A stretch of DNA of 55,519 nt from a virus (taxonomy: Duplodnaviria; Caudoviricetes). The notes below the pieces were generated by a model. It had not been told where the DNA came from. It made no database searches and was given only the letters and a program-made list of their open reading frames with translations. The stretch is taken from the IMG/VR virus record IMGVR_UViG_3300010401_000041, positions 1 through 55,519 of that record. One strand, 5' to 3'. A program made the translations under genes and the position numbers. Position 1 is the first letter of the stretch. The number at the start of each line of letters is the position of its first letter. Shown piece after piece: positions 18,441-29,084 of the stretch.

Positions 18441-21400
18441 CCACTCACACATATAAAAATGAGGAAGGGTTACCAATACTAAATAGTGGTAATGGCGATG
18501 ATATTGGCGAACTTCCGGTATTTAAAGATGATTCTGTAAAAAAAAAAGAAGCGCAAGAACACCTTGGTGGCGCATTGGCTACTACTGGCGAAAATATTGT
18601 AAAGAGTACCGTATCAAATTACAAGCCCCAATCAAAATTATCAAAAGACGACAAGGATAAGTTATCCCAATTTTTACTTGGCAGCAAGCCCGACGTTCGG
18701 GATAGAACAGCGGATGCGTTGAAGGCAGTTGAAAATACACATCCTGCGCAACAAGTTACAGTTAAGAAGTCTTCGGATATAGTAAAGCCACTGACAGAAA
18801 AAGTAGACAAGGAAGCCCGTAATACTATTAATGATATAATGTATAGCGAAGGGGACGCATGGAAAGACCCGGTTAAAGCTATTGATGACAAGGCTAAAGC
18901 GGCAACAAACATAGATGAATTTACCGCACTAAACCGGGCGGCAGACCTGACTACTCAAAGTCTTGCACCAACCGGGTACGATGCTATGAGGGTTCTAAAT
19001 AGTAGTTTGTGGGGGCAAGCTAAAGAGGATAATCAAACAGCTAATTTACTGAAAGCAAAAGCGAAGGAGTATAACGACGATGTTGCACCACTTCGTGAAA
19101 TCAATATTGAACAGCCAATCGGGGAACACAATCAATACGCAGCTAGTGTGTATTCCGATCAAATGAAAAACGCTTTTATAAAGGCGTACGCAAATAAAAA
19201 TACAGATTTCAAAAATCAATTGGAATCTGCCGGTATAGATATTAACGACCCTTTTTTGTATAAAAGAATTGGGGATGCTAAAGCCGGTCAAATTACGGAT
19301 GAGTATCTGCACAATAAAAATGTAGAAGATTTCCTTCAAAAAGAGAATAGTAATTTACTCCCAGCCTATCAACATGCTCAAAATAAATTACTGGAAGATC
19401 ATCCCGATTATGGAGTGCCAAAGATCGCAAATGATTTAAGCCGGGAATTGCAGAAAACCGGGTACAATAACAGGGATTTTATCTTCAATTTCGATACAGA
19501 AAGTTCAAGGGAGTTTGTCGATCACATGGCGCGTCAGCGGTACAAAGACAACCCGGAGTTATTAAAATTTTACGAAGATCACATAAGCGAAATCCATGAC
19601 AGTATGGATAAGCCATCCTTCTTTGAAGGTGTGGCATCTGGTATTAAAAATGTTTATAGCGGCATAGGTAATACGGCAAGCACTCTTTTTCAATCAAAAG
19701 CAGAAGATATAAAAGATGAATGGAACAAAGAAGCAACTAATGTAAGCGCAGACCCGGAAGGATTAATGAAACTCATTAGAAACTCTGGTCACGCGGTTGG
19801 ATTTGTTTCTGGTCTTATGGCTGGCGGTGAAGTAGCGCAAGGGACGAAGTTAGCAGGAACACCGGCAGGCGCACAGCGTTTAATGGTAGGCACAAGTGTT
19901 TTTGGCAATGAGTTGAAAGAAGCCGAAATGAAATATAAAAGCCCTGTTAAGGCATGGGTAAATGCGGGACTAAATACAACTGCATTTGTAATGCTGCAAG
20001 ATATATTCCCTGCTTCCAAAGTGTCTAAAGTTTTTAATGAAATAAAACCAGAATTAAATAAGATAGCCGAAAATCTTTCATCAGGTGCAATTACAAAAGA
20101 AGTTGCCAGAGAGAACGCAACTTCTGTGCTTTCTAAGGCTGTTGATTTTGGGAAGAAAGCGTTCAAGCAGAACGTAAAGACATCCGCTGAAATGACCGCC
20201 TTAACAGGTATGAAGCAGGGGATGGATACGATAATGGGACTGGATGAACAAACATATGATAAATACCATCCTGATGGCGAATTAGAAGATACGTTTAAGA
20301 CAATGTTTTTGAGTAACGCGCCTATTGCTGGATTGTCTGCTTATGGTGAAATTGGCGCAAAGAACAAAGAAATGGAGAACAGCGTTTTTGAGGCCGTTAA
20401 TAATCCAAAAAGATTTGAAACAGCCATAGAAAACTTAAAAGTAAAAGACCCTTCTGTAAATATAGATGAGATCAGGGGTAATTTTGAATTTGCAAAATCA
20501 CTGAAAGAAAAACTGGATGCTGAGGGGATTGACCCGATTAATCAAAAAAGATTCTTAGTAGAAGCGTTGAAAGAAAAAGTAAACAAAGAGAATCTGGCTA
20601 AACTTTCAGAATCAAACATAACTCGCAGAACACAAAAAGAAATAAGAGAAAGCCAAGATATTCAGGATAAGATATTGAACGGTGAAGATGTCGTGGGTGA
20701 AGAGCAGCGCAAAGAAATGCCGCCTGAAGAAAATGAAATAATTTCAAGGGTAAACAAGGTTGCCAGCGAAGGAATAGTTAACACGTTAAAGGTTGCCGAT
20801 ACGGAACAGGATAAGATTAAATTTTTGAAAGATCAATCTTTAGATGTTCCCTCTTCGTTGAAAGATCAATTAGGGGGCGACGAAAATCTGACTACTGATA
20901 TTATTTCTCAAAACGATAAATCTGATATTGAATCCAGCATATCTAAGTATGAAAAAGAGTTAAAGAACCCCGATTTGTCCGATCAGAGAACAGAGGAAAT
21001 TGACAGACACTTATCGCTTCTGCATAAGGGGTTGGATAAAATAAAAACAGATGAAACAGCCATAGAACCTGAAGCAAATACAGAAAGCAATGAACCGGCC
21101 AAAGCAAGTGAAGCGAATGAACCTACTCTTACAATTGATGAAGGAGCAGAAAAGCCGCCAACCAATCCAGAAGAAAAAGACCTCCCATTCGGGCGGCAAG
21201 AATTAACTGGTATTGCTCACGAATTACAACAAGGAAGGGCGTATGATATTGGAGCAGAAGCCCCGCAACGAGGCGAAGGGGTGTCTGTAGAAGAGTCTAT
21301 TGTACATGGTAATTCTTTGCTTGCAGACGGTGGAGATGCTTTTAAAGCAGCAGAAAAATTTAAAACCGATAAGAAGATTTCATACGATGACCTTGCATTG

Positions 21401-23962
21401 GTTCGTGCTCAATATGCAAAGATGTGGAAAGATACTAATGAGGCAACTGATAAATTTGGCATTGGAAGTCCCGAAGAGAAAGCGGCAAAAGAGCGTGAGG
21501 TAAAATGGAGAGATGAAGTAGTTAAACCAATGCAAACCGAATGGTCAAAGATTGGTGTTGCTCAACAAGGATTACAGGACATTGACACCGGGTCGTTTGC
21601 TTCATTGCGCAGATCATTAGAAAGTAGAACAAATGCGCCAGCAAAACCAGAGCAAGTTGAAAAACTTAAAAAATTCGCCACTGAGAATAAAAAATTAAAA
21701 GATGAAGTAGATAAACTTCAGGAGAAATTAATAAAGGCAAAAGAGGACACCACTGAAAAATCAGAGAAAAAAAATGCTACAAAATCTGCTAAAGATTTGG
21801 CAGAGCAAATAAGAAAAGGGAAACTGCATAAGCCCGGTTCTTTTTCTGCTGCCAGTCCTGCATCTGTTATTTGGGATAGCGCGGTAGAAATAGTCGCTAA
21901 ATCAGTGGAGGCCGGCGGTAAAATAGCTGATGCTATCTCGGAAGGACTAAAATATATAAAAGAATCCGATTGGTATAAATCATTAAGTCCCGATAAAAAA
22001 GAACAGGCAGAGAAAGAATTTTCCGACTATCACCTTGAAGATTTAGGAGGTAAAATTGATGATGCTAAAAGAATTTCCGAAAAATTAGTAGATAAAAAAG
22101 GCAATGAGTTTACGGCAGATGAAGCAAAAGAAATATGGGATTATGCAAAGCAACACTATTTAGAAACGGGTACACCATACACGGAAATGATTGGCAAAGT
22201 TGCCAATGATCTGGGGTTAACATGGAGACAAGTTGCAAATGCGATCACTACCCCAAAAACTAAACCCATCACTGATGAGATATGGAAAAAACAAAGTGAG
22301 TTAAGTAAAAGCAGGAACGCCACAAAAAATTATCTTGATAATAATGCTGGCGGTAAGGCTGGTAATGTTTTGAAAAAAGTTTCAGGTGTATTTCGTGGGG
22401 TATCCGTGTTTGGTCACGGAGGGATATTTGTAGGAACCCACGCAGCCCCAACTTTATTTCAGCCTACTACATGGAAATCAACTATACCGGCTTTCTTTAG
22501 AGGATGGAAATATGCTTATGGCAATACCGCTAAGTATGAGCAAGCGATGGCAGAACTAAAAAGCGAACCAAACTATATATTAGCGCAACGTGCAGGATTG
22601 AAGAATAATCCAGATCGTATAAATATTGAAGAGTTCCAAAAGTCTCAAAAATTCTTAGGTAAATTAGGAGATGCGGGAGAGAGAGGCTTTAATGCCATCA
22701 AAGTACTTCGTCAGGATTTATTCGACTATCATTTCAATAAATTATCCGAAGAAGATAAGAAGAACCCTGACGTTGCTAAATCTATTGCCCATCTTGTGAA
22801 CAATGCAACGGGAGCAACGAATTTAAATATACCAAACTGGATCAATGAAGTAACATTTGCCGGTGGAATGGAAGCGGCAAGGTGGGGCAAGTATACGCGT
22901 AACCCATTAAAAGCTACAGAAATCGCGCTTAAAGCCATTGCAAAACCAAGTTCGGTTAAGCCCGAAGAAAGAGTATTCGCAAAAGTTTGGGCAAGTCGGG
23001 TAGGTCAGCAGATTGGATTTTATGCGGGTTCCTTAGTTGCTAATGCGGCGATTCAAAATACAATAAATCCAAATAACCCGGTTAACCTTACCAATCCCAA
23101 TAAATCCGATTGGCTGAAGTTTAAGTTTGGAGATATGACGGTAGACCCGACTTCAGGAATGAGAGGGGTAGCAAGTTTTATTTACGGAATTGGTAAAATG
23201 CCGTTTCAAAGTCAGAAAGAATTGAAAGGTGACACAAGGTTAGAAGCTGCTGGCAAAAAAACATTTGGATATGCGAGAGGTAAACTATCTCCGTTTTATT
23301 CAACAGTTGTTGACTTTTTTACCGGGACTGATTTCAATGGTAATCCACTGCCAACTTCATCTGACGAACCAAAAGGCGCAAAACATAAGGTATCTTGGGG
23401 CGAGTACTTATGGCAGAAAGCACCGTTGCCAGTTGCCGAAGCAGTGCATAATATTTATGAATCAGCACATGAAAACGGATCGGATGACGTATCAACAAGC
23501 AACATCTTAAAAGGTATTATGACAGGGTTATTATCTGGAAGTACTGGTTTTAGGGTTGGAGAAACAAAAGAGAAGCCAGCGAAGTTTACAGATAATGAGC
23601 TTAACTCAAAAGAAATAAAATACTTTACAGATAAAGGGTTGGAAATGCCTAACACGTCTCCAACCTCGGAGACAATAAAAGATAAGGCGACAAAAACAAA
23701 AAGGAAACTTAGTGATTACCCGCAATCAGTGATTGATCAGTACAGCGAAACGCATAAAAAGTATTTGAGGAATGAATTGAGCCATATTGTATCACATAAA
23801 TATGTTTTTATGGATGACTACGGGGATATTTCACTTAGTCCGGGATCGGGAAAGAAAAGAAAAAATCTTGACGATCTTACCAAAGAACAGTTAGAACAAA
23901 TATTACATTTGGCTCAATCAAGTGCAACAGAAAAAACAAAGAAAAAACTTTTTAAACACTAA
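18437..23962 (+). CDS. Large internal virion/ejection protein (large polyvalent protein-like)
   Basis: 1841 aa, mostly helical; C-terminal GKLSP...TGTDFNGNP motif typical of large phage ejection proteins; no DxDGD RNA polymerase motif seen. Confidence 0.65.
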   Translation: MTTHTYKNEEGLPILNSGNGDDIGELPVFKDDSVKKKEAQEHLGGALATTGENIVKSTVSNYKPQSKLSKDDKDKLSQFLLGSKPDVRDRTADALKAVENTHPAQQVTVKKSSDIVKPLTEKVDKEARNTINDIMYSEGDAWKDPVKAIDDKAKAATNIDEFTALNRAADLTTQSLAPTGYDAMRVLNSSLWGQAKEDNQTANLLKAKAKEYNDDVAPLREINIEQPIGEHNQYAASVYSDQMKNAFIKAYANKNTDFKNQLESAGIDINDPFLYKRIGDAKAGQITDEYLHNKNVEDFLQKENSNLLPAYQHAQNKLLEDHPDYGVPKIANDLSRELQKTGYNNRDFIFNFDTESSREFVDHMARQRYKDNPELLKFYEDHISEIHDSMDKPSFFEGVASGIKNVYSGIGNTASTLFQSKAEDIKDEWNKEATNVSADPEGLMKLIRNSGHAVGFVSGLMAGGEVAQGTKLAGTPAGAQRLMVGTSVFGNELKEAEMKYKSPVKAWVNAGLNTTAFVMLQDIFPASKVSKVFNEIKPELNKIAENLSSGAITKEVARENATSVLSKAVDFGKKAFKQNVKTSAEMTALTGMKQGMDTIMGLDEQTYDKYHPDGELEDTFKTMFLSNAPIAGLSAYGEIGAKNKEMENSVFEAVNNPKRFETAIENLKVKDPSVNIDEIRGNFEFAKSLKEKLDAEGIDPINQKRFLVEALKEKVNKENLAKLSESNITRRTQKEIRESQDIQDKILNGEDVVGEEQRKEMPPEENEIISRVNKVASEGIVNTLKVADTEQDKIKFLKDQSLDVPSSLKDQLGGDENLTTDIISQNDKSDIESSISKYEKELKNPDLSDQRTEEIDRHLSLLHKGLDKIKTDETAIEPEANTESNEPAKASEANEPTLTIDEGAEKPPTNPEEKDLPFGRQELTGIAHELQQGRAYDIGAEAPQRGEGVSVEESIVHGNSLLADGGDAFKAAEKFKTDKKISYDDLALVRAQYAKMWKDTNEATDKFGIGSPEEKAAKEREVKWRDEVVKPMQTEWSKIGVAQQGLQDIDTGSFASLRRSLESRTNAPAKPEQVEKLKKFATENKKLKDEVDKLQEKLIKAKEDTTEKSEKKNATKSAKDLAEQIRKGKLHKPGSFSAASPASVIWDSAVEIVAKSVEAGGKIADAISEGLKYIKESDWYKSLSPDKKEQAEKEFSDYHLEDLGGKIDDAKRISEKLVDKKGNEFTADEAKEIWDYAKQHYLETGTPYTEMIGKVANDLGLTWRQVANAITTPKTKPITDEIWKKQSELSKSRNATKNYLDNNAGGKAGNVLKKVSGVFRGVSVFGHGGIFVGTHAAPTLFQPTTWKSTIPAFFRGWKYAYGNTAKYEQAMAELKSEPNYILAQRAGLKNNPDRINIEEFQKSQKFLGKLGDAGERGFNAIKVLRQDLFDYHFNKLSEEDKKNPDVAKSIAHLVNNATGATNLNIPNWINEVTFAGGMEAARWGKYTRNPLKATEIALKAIAKPSSVKPEERVFAKVWASRVGQQIGFYAGSLVANAAIQNTINPNNPVNLTNPNKSDWLKFKFGDMTVDPTSGMRGVASFIYGIGKMPFQSQKELKGDTRLEAAGKKTFGYARGKLSPFYSTVVDFFTGTDFNGNPLPTSSDEPKGAKHKVSWGEYLWQKAPLPVAEAVHNIYESAHENGSDDVSTSNILKGIMTGLLSGSTGFRVGETKEKPAKFTDNELNSKEIKYFTDKGLEMPNTSPTSETIKDKATKTKRKLSDYPQSVIDQYSETHKKYLRNELSHIVSHKYVFMDDYGDISLSPGSGKKRKNLDDLTKEQLEQILHLAQSSATEKTKKKLFKH

Positions 23963-23965
23963 ACC

Positions 23966-24667
23966 ATGATGGACACACCATTCCCCGGAGTTCCATTGCT
24001 AAACGCTGGACTTATTGGTTTGCCAAGAAGTGCTAACAACGGAGCTGCTCCACAACAAGATCAACCTGTCCCCGAAGAACCTAAAATTGGGATCAAGGAT
24101 TCGCAAGGATTAAAGTCTGGGCGTTATTCAAAAAAACATATTGAAGGGATTATAGCTGCCTCGAAAGCTGTGGGAGCAGACCCTTACCAAGCACTAGCAT
24201 TGGGATTGCAAGAGAGCGGACTTGGTACAGCAAAATTAAAAAGAAGATTGGGGAAGGTGGATGCGCCGTTAGCAATGGTTCATGACTTTGAACCAGCGCA
24301 GCAAAAGGAGTTAGAAGATACGGCGCAAAAAACTGGAATTGATCCAGAATATTTAAAACTTGCCATTGTCCTACGAGACAAAGTTAAATACGGAAAACAA
24401 CTAGGGTTTACTGATGAAGCCAGCCAACTTCAAGCATACAACGGTTACGGGACTATAAAAAAAGCTATTGGTGGGCCAACTAAAATGTATGGCGTTGATA
24501 TTGGCGATGGATTGGACATGAAAAAAAATCCATTGTACGGGAAACGACTTGTTGCATTGAAATATGATATTGCCAACAATCCCGAAATAAGAGAATTGAT
24601 TGAAGGAAAGCCCGATAAAAAAGTTGCAATGAATATGCCAGAACCAAACCCATTATCAGCACATTAA
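23966..24667 (+). CDS. Lytic transglycosylase/lysozyme-like virion-associated muralytic protein
   Basis: ALALGLQESG (catalytic Glu-Ser) and AYNGYG motifs of the SLT/lysozyme fold. Confidence 0.65.
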   Translation: MMDTPFPGVPLLNAGLIGLPRSANNGAAPQQDQPVPEEPKIGIKDSQGLKSGRYSKKHIEGIIAASKAVGADPYQALALGLQESGLGTAKLKRRLGKVDAPLAMVHDFEPAQQKELEDTAQKTGIDPEYLKLAIVLRDKVKYGKQLGFTDEASQLQAYNGYGTIKKAIGGPTKMYGVDIGDGLDMKKNPLYGKRLVALKYDIANNPEIRELIEGKPDKKVAMNMPEPNPLSAH

Positions 24668-24675
24668 ATAATACG

Positions 24676-25026
24676 ATGCCAGAAATTAATTACAAACAAT
24701 TATACGAAGCGGAAAAAGAAAAGGTAATAGCTTTTGAAAAAAAATGGGATGCTTTGGAATTGCAAGGCAAAGCAAAGTTGTATTATTCCCTTAATCGGAA
24801 TATGAGCGATCTTTCGGATATGCTTGATGGAATTGAATTGAAGAAGGTGAACATGGATGATCCGAAAGACAAAACAATGGAACGATTAAAAATGATATGG
24901 GCTTCCGTTAAGCCACTTGTTGAAACAATTAATTTAATAAGGGAAGCGTCTGGTATTACCGGAGATGAGAATAAGGACACTGAAAGAAAACCATTTGTCA
25001 ATACAATAGCACAAGATAGAAAGTAG
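24676..25026 (+). CDS. Hypothetical protein, candidate terminase small subunit
   Basis: 116-aa helical ORF whose TAG overlaps the GTG start of the large terminase; function inferred from position only. Confidence 0.5.
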   Translation: MPEINYKQLYEAEKEKVIAFEKKWDALELQGKAKLYYSLNRNMSDLSDMLDGIELKKVNMDDPKDKTMERLKMIWASVKPLVETINLIREASGITGDENKDTERKPFVNTIAQDRK

Positions 25027-27086
25027 TGTCATTAGCGGTAAACATATACGGAACGCTTGTAGATGTCCCTGAAAACGAGGGATTTTTTGATGTTGAAAAT
25101 TGGGGAACCGATAACCCAAAAGAACAGTTTTGGCGCAGGAAAGATTTGCCAAGTTTTTTTGAACAGGTTGAATATGATAAAGACGGGAATGTTTTATTAA
25201 CAAAAGAACAGGAAGTATACGCTAAAAGAGAAGTAGATAGGTGTAAAAATGGGTTTTATTTTCTTAGTAACGGTAAACTCACTTATATAACCGGGAAACA
25301 TTATTTTTATCTAGCGTGGTGGAAGTTGGAAGATGACATATACCCAGAGTATAGGGATTCCGATAGGAGATATTTTCTTTTTTTAAATCACTGGGAGTGC
25401 ATTTTATGGTGCTTAGGAATTTTAAGAGGAAAGAAGCGTCGTGAAGGTGCAAGTTCGCAGGCAACATCCAATCTTATATATGAATGTATTTTCTTCAGGA
25501 ATAGCGTATGCGGGTTAGTCAGTAAAACTCTACAAGACGGCAAAAAAACTTTCACTAACATGGTTGCCTTTGGATATAGGCAGTTGCCTGTTTTCCTAAA
25601 ACCAAAACAATTAAATAATAAAGATTCTGTTTCTGAATTAATTTTTGCCCATAAATCAGTTAATACAAAAGACGGGAAAGGTCAAACAATTGACACGGAT
25701 ACTGGTCACAGATCATCTGTAGACTTTCGTGCGCCCGGTAAGAATACATACGATTCTGGTAGACTAAGTCGCGGCCTTTTTGATGAAGGAGGAAAGTGGG
25801 ATAGCGAAAATCCATTCTCTGAATTTTTATCTATTGTCAGCAAAACAATGGTTAAAGGTGCGAAGCGTGTTGGGTTCATGGAGTGTCCGTCAACCTGTAA
25901 TGAAATGACTAAAGCAGGCGGCGCACAATACAAAATAGCATGGAACAACGCCAATCAATTTGAATTAAAAGATGGAAGAACGGTAAACCGTCTCGTAAGA
26001 TACTTCTCTCCTGCTTATGATGGATTCTATGGATTTATTGATAGATATGGAATGTCCGTCATTGACCCTCCCGACGAAGACCAATTTAATTATTTGGTTG
26101 AAAACTATGTCGGTGTGGGCGATCTTACCGAAGAAGATATACGGTTAGGCGCAAAAGCATATTTACTTAAAAAAAGAGAAGGACTAGAAGGGGCTTTGCT
26201 TGAAGAAGAAATCCGCATGAATCCATTTGACGAAAGAGAAATGTTTCTTTCAAAGAATGGGAATTGTCATTTTGATGCAGTGCTATTAGCTGAATTATAT
26301 GACAGGGCTAAGTCAATGGAAAAAGAAGTATTGGAGTGGGGTAATTGGGTTTGGAAAGATGGAATTCCTTTCTCAGAAGCTATTTGGGAGTCCTGCAATC
26401 CTGCGCACGCCCGTTGGACGCGCCCCAAACTTTTTAAAATTCCAGAAGGAGATAAAGTAGAAAAAATAGGTGAATTATATACGCCAATTAACCATATACA
26501 ATTTATAAGCGGGTGTGATCCATTTCAAAATTCAATACTAGAAAGCGGGGTGGGATCGAAGGCTAGTTCCGGCATCATAAACAGATATGTAGACCAAGAG
26601 AATGACGATATTTTTAATCGAATGATAGTTTCAAAATACCATGCACGCCCTAAAATGGCTGAATTACTTCACATGGATATGGCATTACAGTGCTTTGCTT
26701 ATGGTTGTCAGATTTTGATTGAAAGTAAAATGGATGGAGGTATGAGGAAGTTTTTTATAGATAATAATCTGGAAGCCTTTTTATTAAGACTTCCGGGGAA
26801 AGAAAACTATGGGATTGATCCAAACTCAGATAATAAAGCGTTGTTGGTAAATTTATGGGAATCTTATATTTTAAGAGAAGGTAAAGCTGGTAAAATGATA
26901 TATGCAGACGACGTGATTGATGGAGAGAAAGACGGGTTGGTTAAGTTTGATGTAAATGAAACAGAGCCTTCAGATAATGTCATGGGGTTGGGCTGGACGC
27001 TTGTAGCAGACTATTACAAGAAAGTAAACTTCAGAAAAAAAACAACCACATCCGTAGAGGATTATTTTCCGAGGTATCAAAATTGA
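25026..27086 (+). CDS. terL: Terminase large subunit (crAss-like)
   Basis: ITGKHYFYL, Walker A variant KKRREGAS, Walker B FDEGGKW, coupling motif ST, nuclease GCDPF. Confidence 0.92.
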   Translation: MSLAVNIYGTLVDVPENEGFFDVENWGTDNPKEQFWRRKDLPSFFEQVEYDKDGNVLLTKEQEVYAKREVDRCKNGFYFLSNGKLTYITGKHYFYLAWWKLEDDIYPEYRDSDRRYFLFLNHWECILWCLGILRGKKRREGASSQATSNLIYECIFFRNSVCGLVSKTLQDGKKTFTNMVAFGYRQLPVFLKPKQLNNKDSVSELIFAHKSVNTKDGKGQTIDTDTGHRSSVDFRAPGKNTYDSGRLSRGLFDEGGKWDSENPFSEFLSIVSKTMVKGAKRVGFMECPSTCNEMTKAGGAQYKIAWNNANQFELKDGRTVNRLVRYFSPAYDGFYGFIDRYGMSVIDPPDEDQFNYLVENYVGVGDLTEEDIRLGAKAYLLKKREGLEGALLEEEIRMNPFDEREMFLSKNGNCHFDAVLLAELYDRAKSMEKEVLEWGNWVWKDGIPFSEAIWESCNPAHARWTRPKLFKIPEGDKVEKIGELYTPINHIQFISGCDPFQNSILESGVGSKASSGIINRYVDQENDDIFNRMIVSKYHARPKMAELLHMDMALQCFAYGCQILIESKMDGGMRKFFIDNNLEAFLLRLPGKENYGIDPNSDNKALLVNLWESYILREGKAGKMIYADDVIDGEKDGLVKFDVNETEPSDNVMGLGWTLVADYYKKVNFRKKTTTSVEDYFPRYQN

Positions 27087-27092
27087 CTATAA

Positions 27093-27722
27093 ATGTGGAT
27101 TAATTTTTTTTCTAAAATATATCTCGTTAATTTAGCCAAGCGGCGCGATAGATTATTTGAAACCGCCGAACACCTAGAGAAATACGAAATCCCCTTTTCT
27201 TTATTTACAGCGATAGAAAAGCCGGACGGTGCAGAAGGATTGAGAGACACCATGAACCTCATATTTGATGAGGCAATTGAAAATAATTACCCTAATATAC
27301 TAGTACTAGAAGACGATTGTGAGTTTATAAAAGAAAAAATCTGGGTTGACGAGACAATGAATGGTGTAGTAGAACAACTACCAGAAAATTATCTTTTATG
27401 TTATTTGGGAGGACAGGCAACCGGCGGCTATAGTGGCTTCTATTCCGGCAATTTGCTACCTGTTACTAAATATTTTGCAACTCACGCAGTCATGTACTCA
27501 TTACAAGGGATAAAAGAAATAAAAGCAAGAAATCTAGGTTACCCAATTGATAACTGGCTTGTAGATAATATTCAAACACAAGGGAGATGTTATGGAATTC
27601 ACCCGTTATTAGCAAGCCAACGGGCTGGATATTCTGACATAGGGAAAGCGGAAATAAATTGGTTCCCGTTCATAGTCCCAAGACACGAGCAAAAAATAAA
27701 CGAGCTTAATGCAAGACAATAG
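27093..27722 (+). CDS. Glycosyltransferase family 25
   Basis: IYLVNLAKRRDR, F.AI, ILVLEDD, THA and PID motifs. Confidence 0.88.
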   Translation: MWINFFSKIYLVNLAKRRDRLFETAEHLEKYEIPFSLFTAIEKPDGAEGLRDTMNLIFDEAIENNYPNILVLEDDCEFIKEKIWVDETMNGVVEQLPENYLLCYLGGQATGGYSGFYSGNLLPVTKYFATHAVMYSLQGIKEIKARNLGYPIDNWLVDNIQTQGRCYGIHPLLASQRAGYSDIGKAEINWFPFIVPRHEQKINELNARQ

Positions 27723-28416
27723 GAAAATAAGTATTGTAATCCCAAACTACAACCGGACTGACTTATTGATTGAGTCATTTGAAAAGGTATATTCCGACGA
27801 TAGAGTTTCTGAAATAATTGTTTCGGATGACTTTTCCGAAAAATCAGTTTATTATGAATTGATGGATTTGTTTGAGTTAATGCCAAAGGTGAAGATGTTC
27901 CGGAATCAATTCAATCAGGATTGCTACATGAATAAGCACACGGCAATGGAGTTGGCTACTAACGAATTTTGTATCTTGGCCGACTCTGATAATATTTTCG
28001 AGCCAGATTATATAGACAGGGTATATAGTTTTCCTGTATGGGATAAAAATACAATCTACGCCCCGTCATTTGCGAAACCTACGTTTAATTACACAGAATA
28101 TAATGGAGAAGTTATAACAAAAGAAAACGTTTCTTCGTTTATTGATAAGCCAATGTTTGAAACGGCTTTGAATACAAGTAATTTCTTCATAAACAGAAGT
28201 CAGTACTTAAAAACATGGGACGGGGCGGTTGATCCTGTAACATCCGACAGTATATATTTTGTCTATTGTTGGTTAAATGCTGGCAATAAATTCCATATTG
28301 TAGATGGGATGGAATATTTTCACAGAGTCCACGACGACAGCCACTATAAAATAAATGTAGCCAGAACGCCAGAAGGGTTCCATGATTCAATTTTAAATAA
28401 ATTAAGGCAGTTATGA
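27709..28416 (+). CDS. Glycosyltransferase family 2 (GT-A)
   Basis: ISIVIPNYNR, EIIVSDDFS and the DxD motif ADSD. Confidence 0.9.
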   Translation: MQDNRKISIVIPNYNRTDLLIESFEKVYSDDRVSEIIVSDDFSEKSVYYELMDLFELMPKVKMFRNQFNQDCYMNKHTAMELATNEFCILADSDNIFEPDYIDRVYSFPVWDKNTIYAPSFAKPTFNYTEYNGEVITKENVSSFIDKPMFETALNTSNFFINRSQYLKTWDGAVDPVTSDSIYFVYCWLNAGNKFHIVDGMEYFHRVHDDSHYKINVARTPEGFHDSILNKLRQL

Positions 28417-29084
28417 TTTTACCATACTCAATAACCACATTTGATGCCAATAAGTTTGACTTTGTAAAAGTAGTGTCTGAAATATTTGCGCGTCATGATT
28501 TGAAAGACTTACAACAACTTTCTGATAATAAGTATAAAGAACAATTTCAGGTAGGCATGGATTCGTCAACGGTATTTCATGAAAAATTCTACGATAAATT
28601 CAGAGAAGGTTGGAGCGAGTTGAATGATATGTATATGGATTTTATTAAGGAAGTGGTTGCCCCGGGATATGATGAAGATTTTCTGTTTCAGGCATTTCCA
28701 ACTTTCCGCGTCCACTTGCCTAAAAACGTTGCCGTTGGAGCGTTTCATAATGATGCAGAATTTCACCATCCAAAAGGAGAGGTTAATTATATAATCCCTC
28801 TAACCAATTCCAGCAAAACAGCAAGCGTATGGGTTGAATCAGAACCGGGAAAAAAAGATTTCATTGATATAATTCTACAGGTAGGAGAACTTGTAAGGTT
28901 TAATGGGAATGAATTGACACATGGGAACAAGAAAAATGAAACCTCAAATACCCGCGTGTCTATGGATTTTCGCGTATTGCCATTATCTAAATACGATGAA
29001 AGTAATTCCGGTGAATCAATAACAAGAAACACCAAATTCAAGGAAGGCGAATATTATAAAAGATTCACTCATGGTAGGAACTAG
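28413..29084 (+). CDS. 2OG-Fe(II) oxygenase, StrG-like
   Basis: PTFRVHLP, H-x-D (FHND), N.IIPLT, distal His (HGN..N) and RVSMDFR. Confidence 0.8.
   Translation: MILPYSITTFDANKFDFVKVVSEIFARHDLKDLQQLSDNKYKEQFQVGMDSSTVFHEKFYDKFREGWSELNDMYMDFIKEVVAPGYDEDFLFQAFPTFRVHLPKNVAVGAFHNDAEFHHPKGEVNYIIPLTNSSKTASVWVESEPGKKDFIDIILQVGELVRFNGNELTHGNKKNETSNTRVSMDFRVLPLSKYDESNSGESITRNTKFKEGEYYKRFTHGRN

Noticed and set aside
18437-23962. Virion RNA polymerase
   Set aside because: No DxDGD/DxDxD catalytic motif in a double-psi barrel context was seen, and the promoters are host-type.
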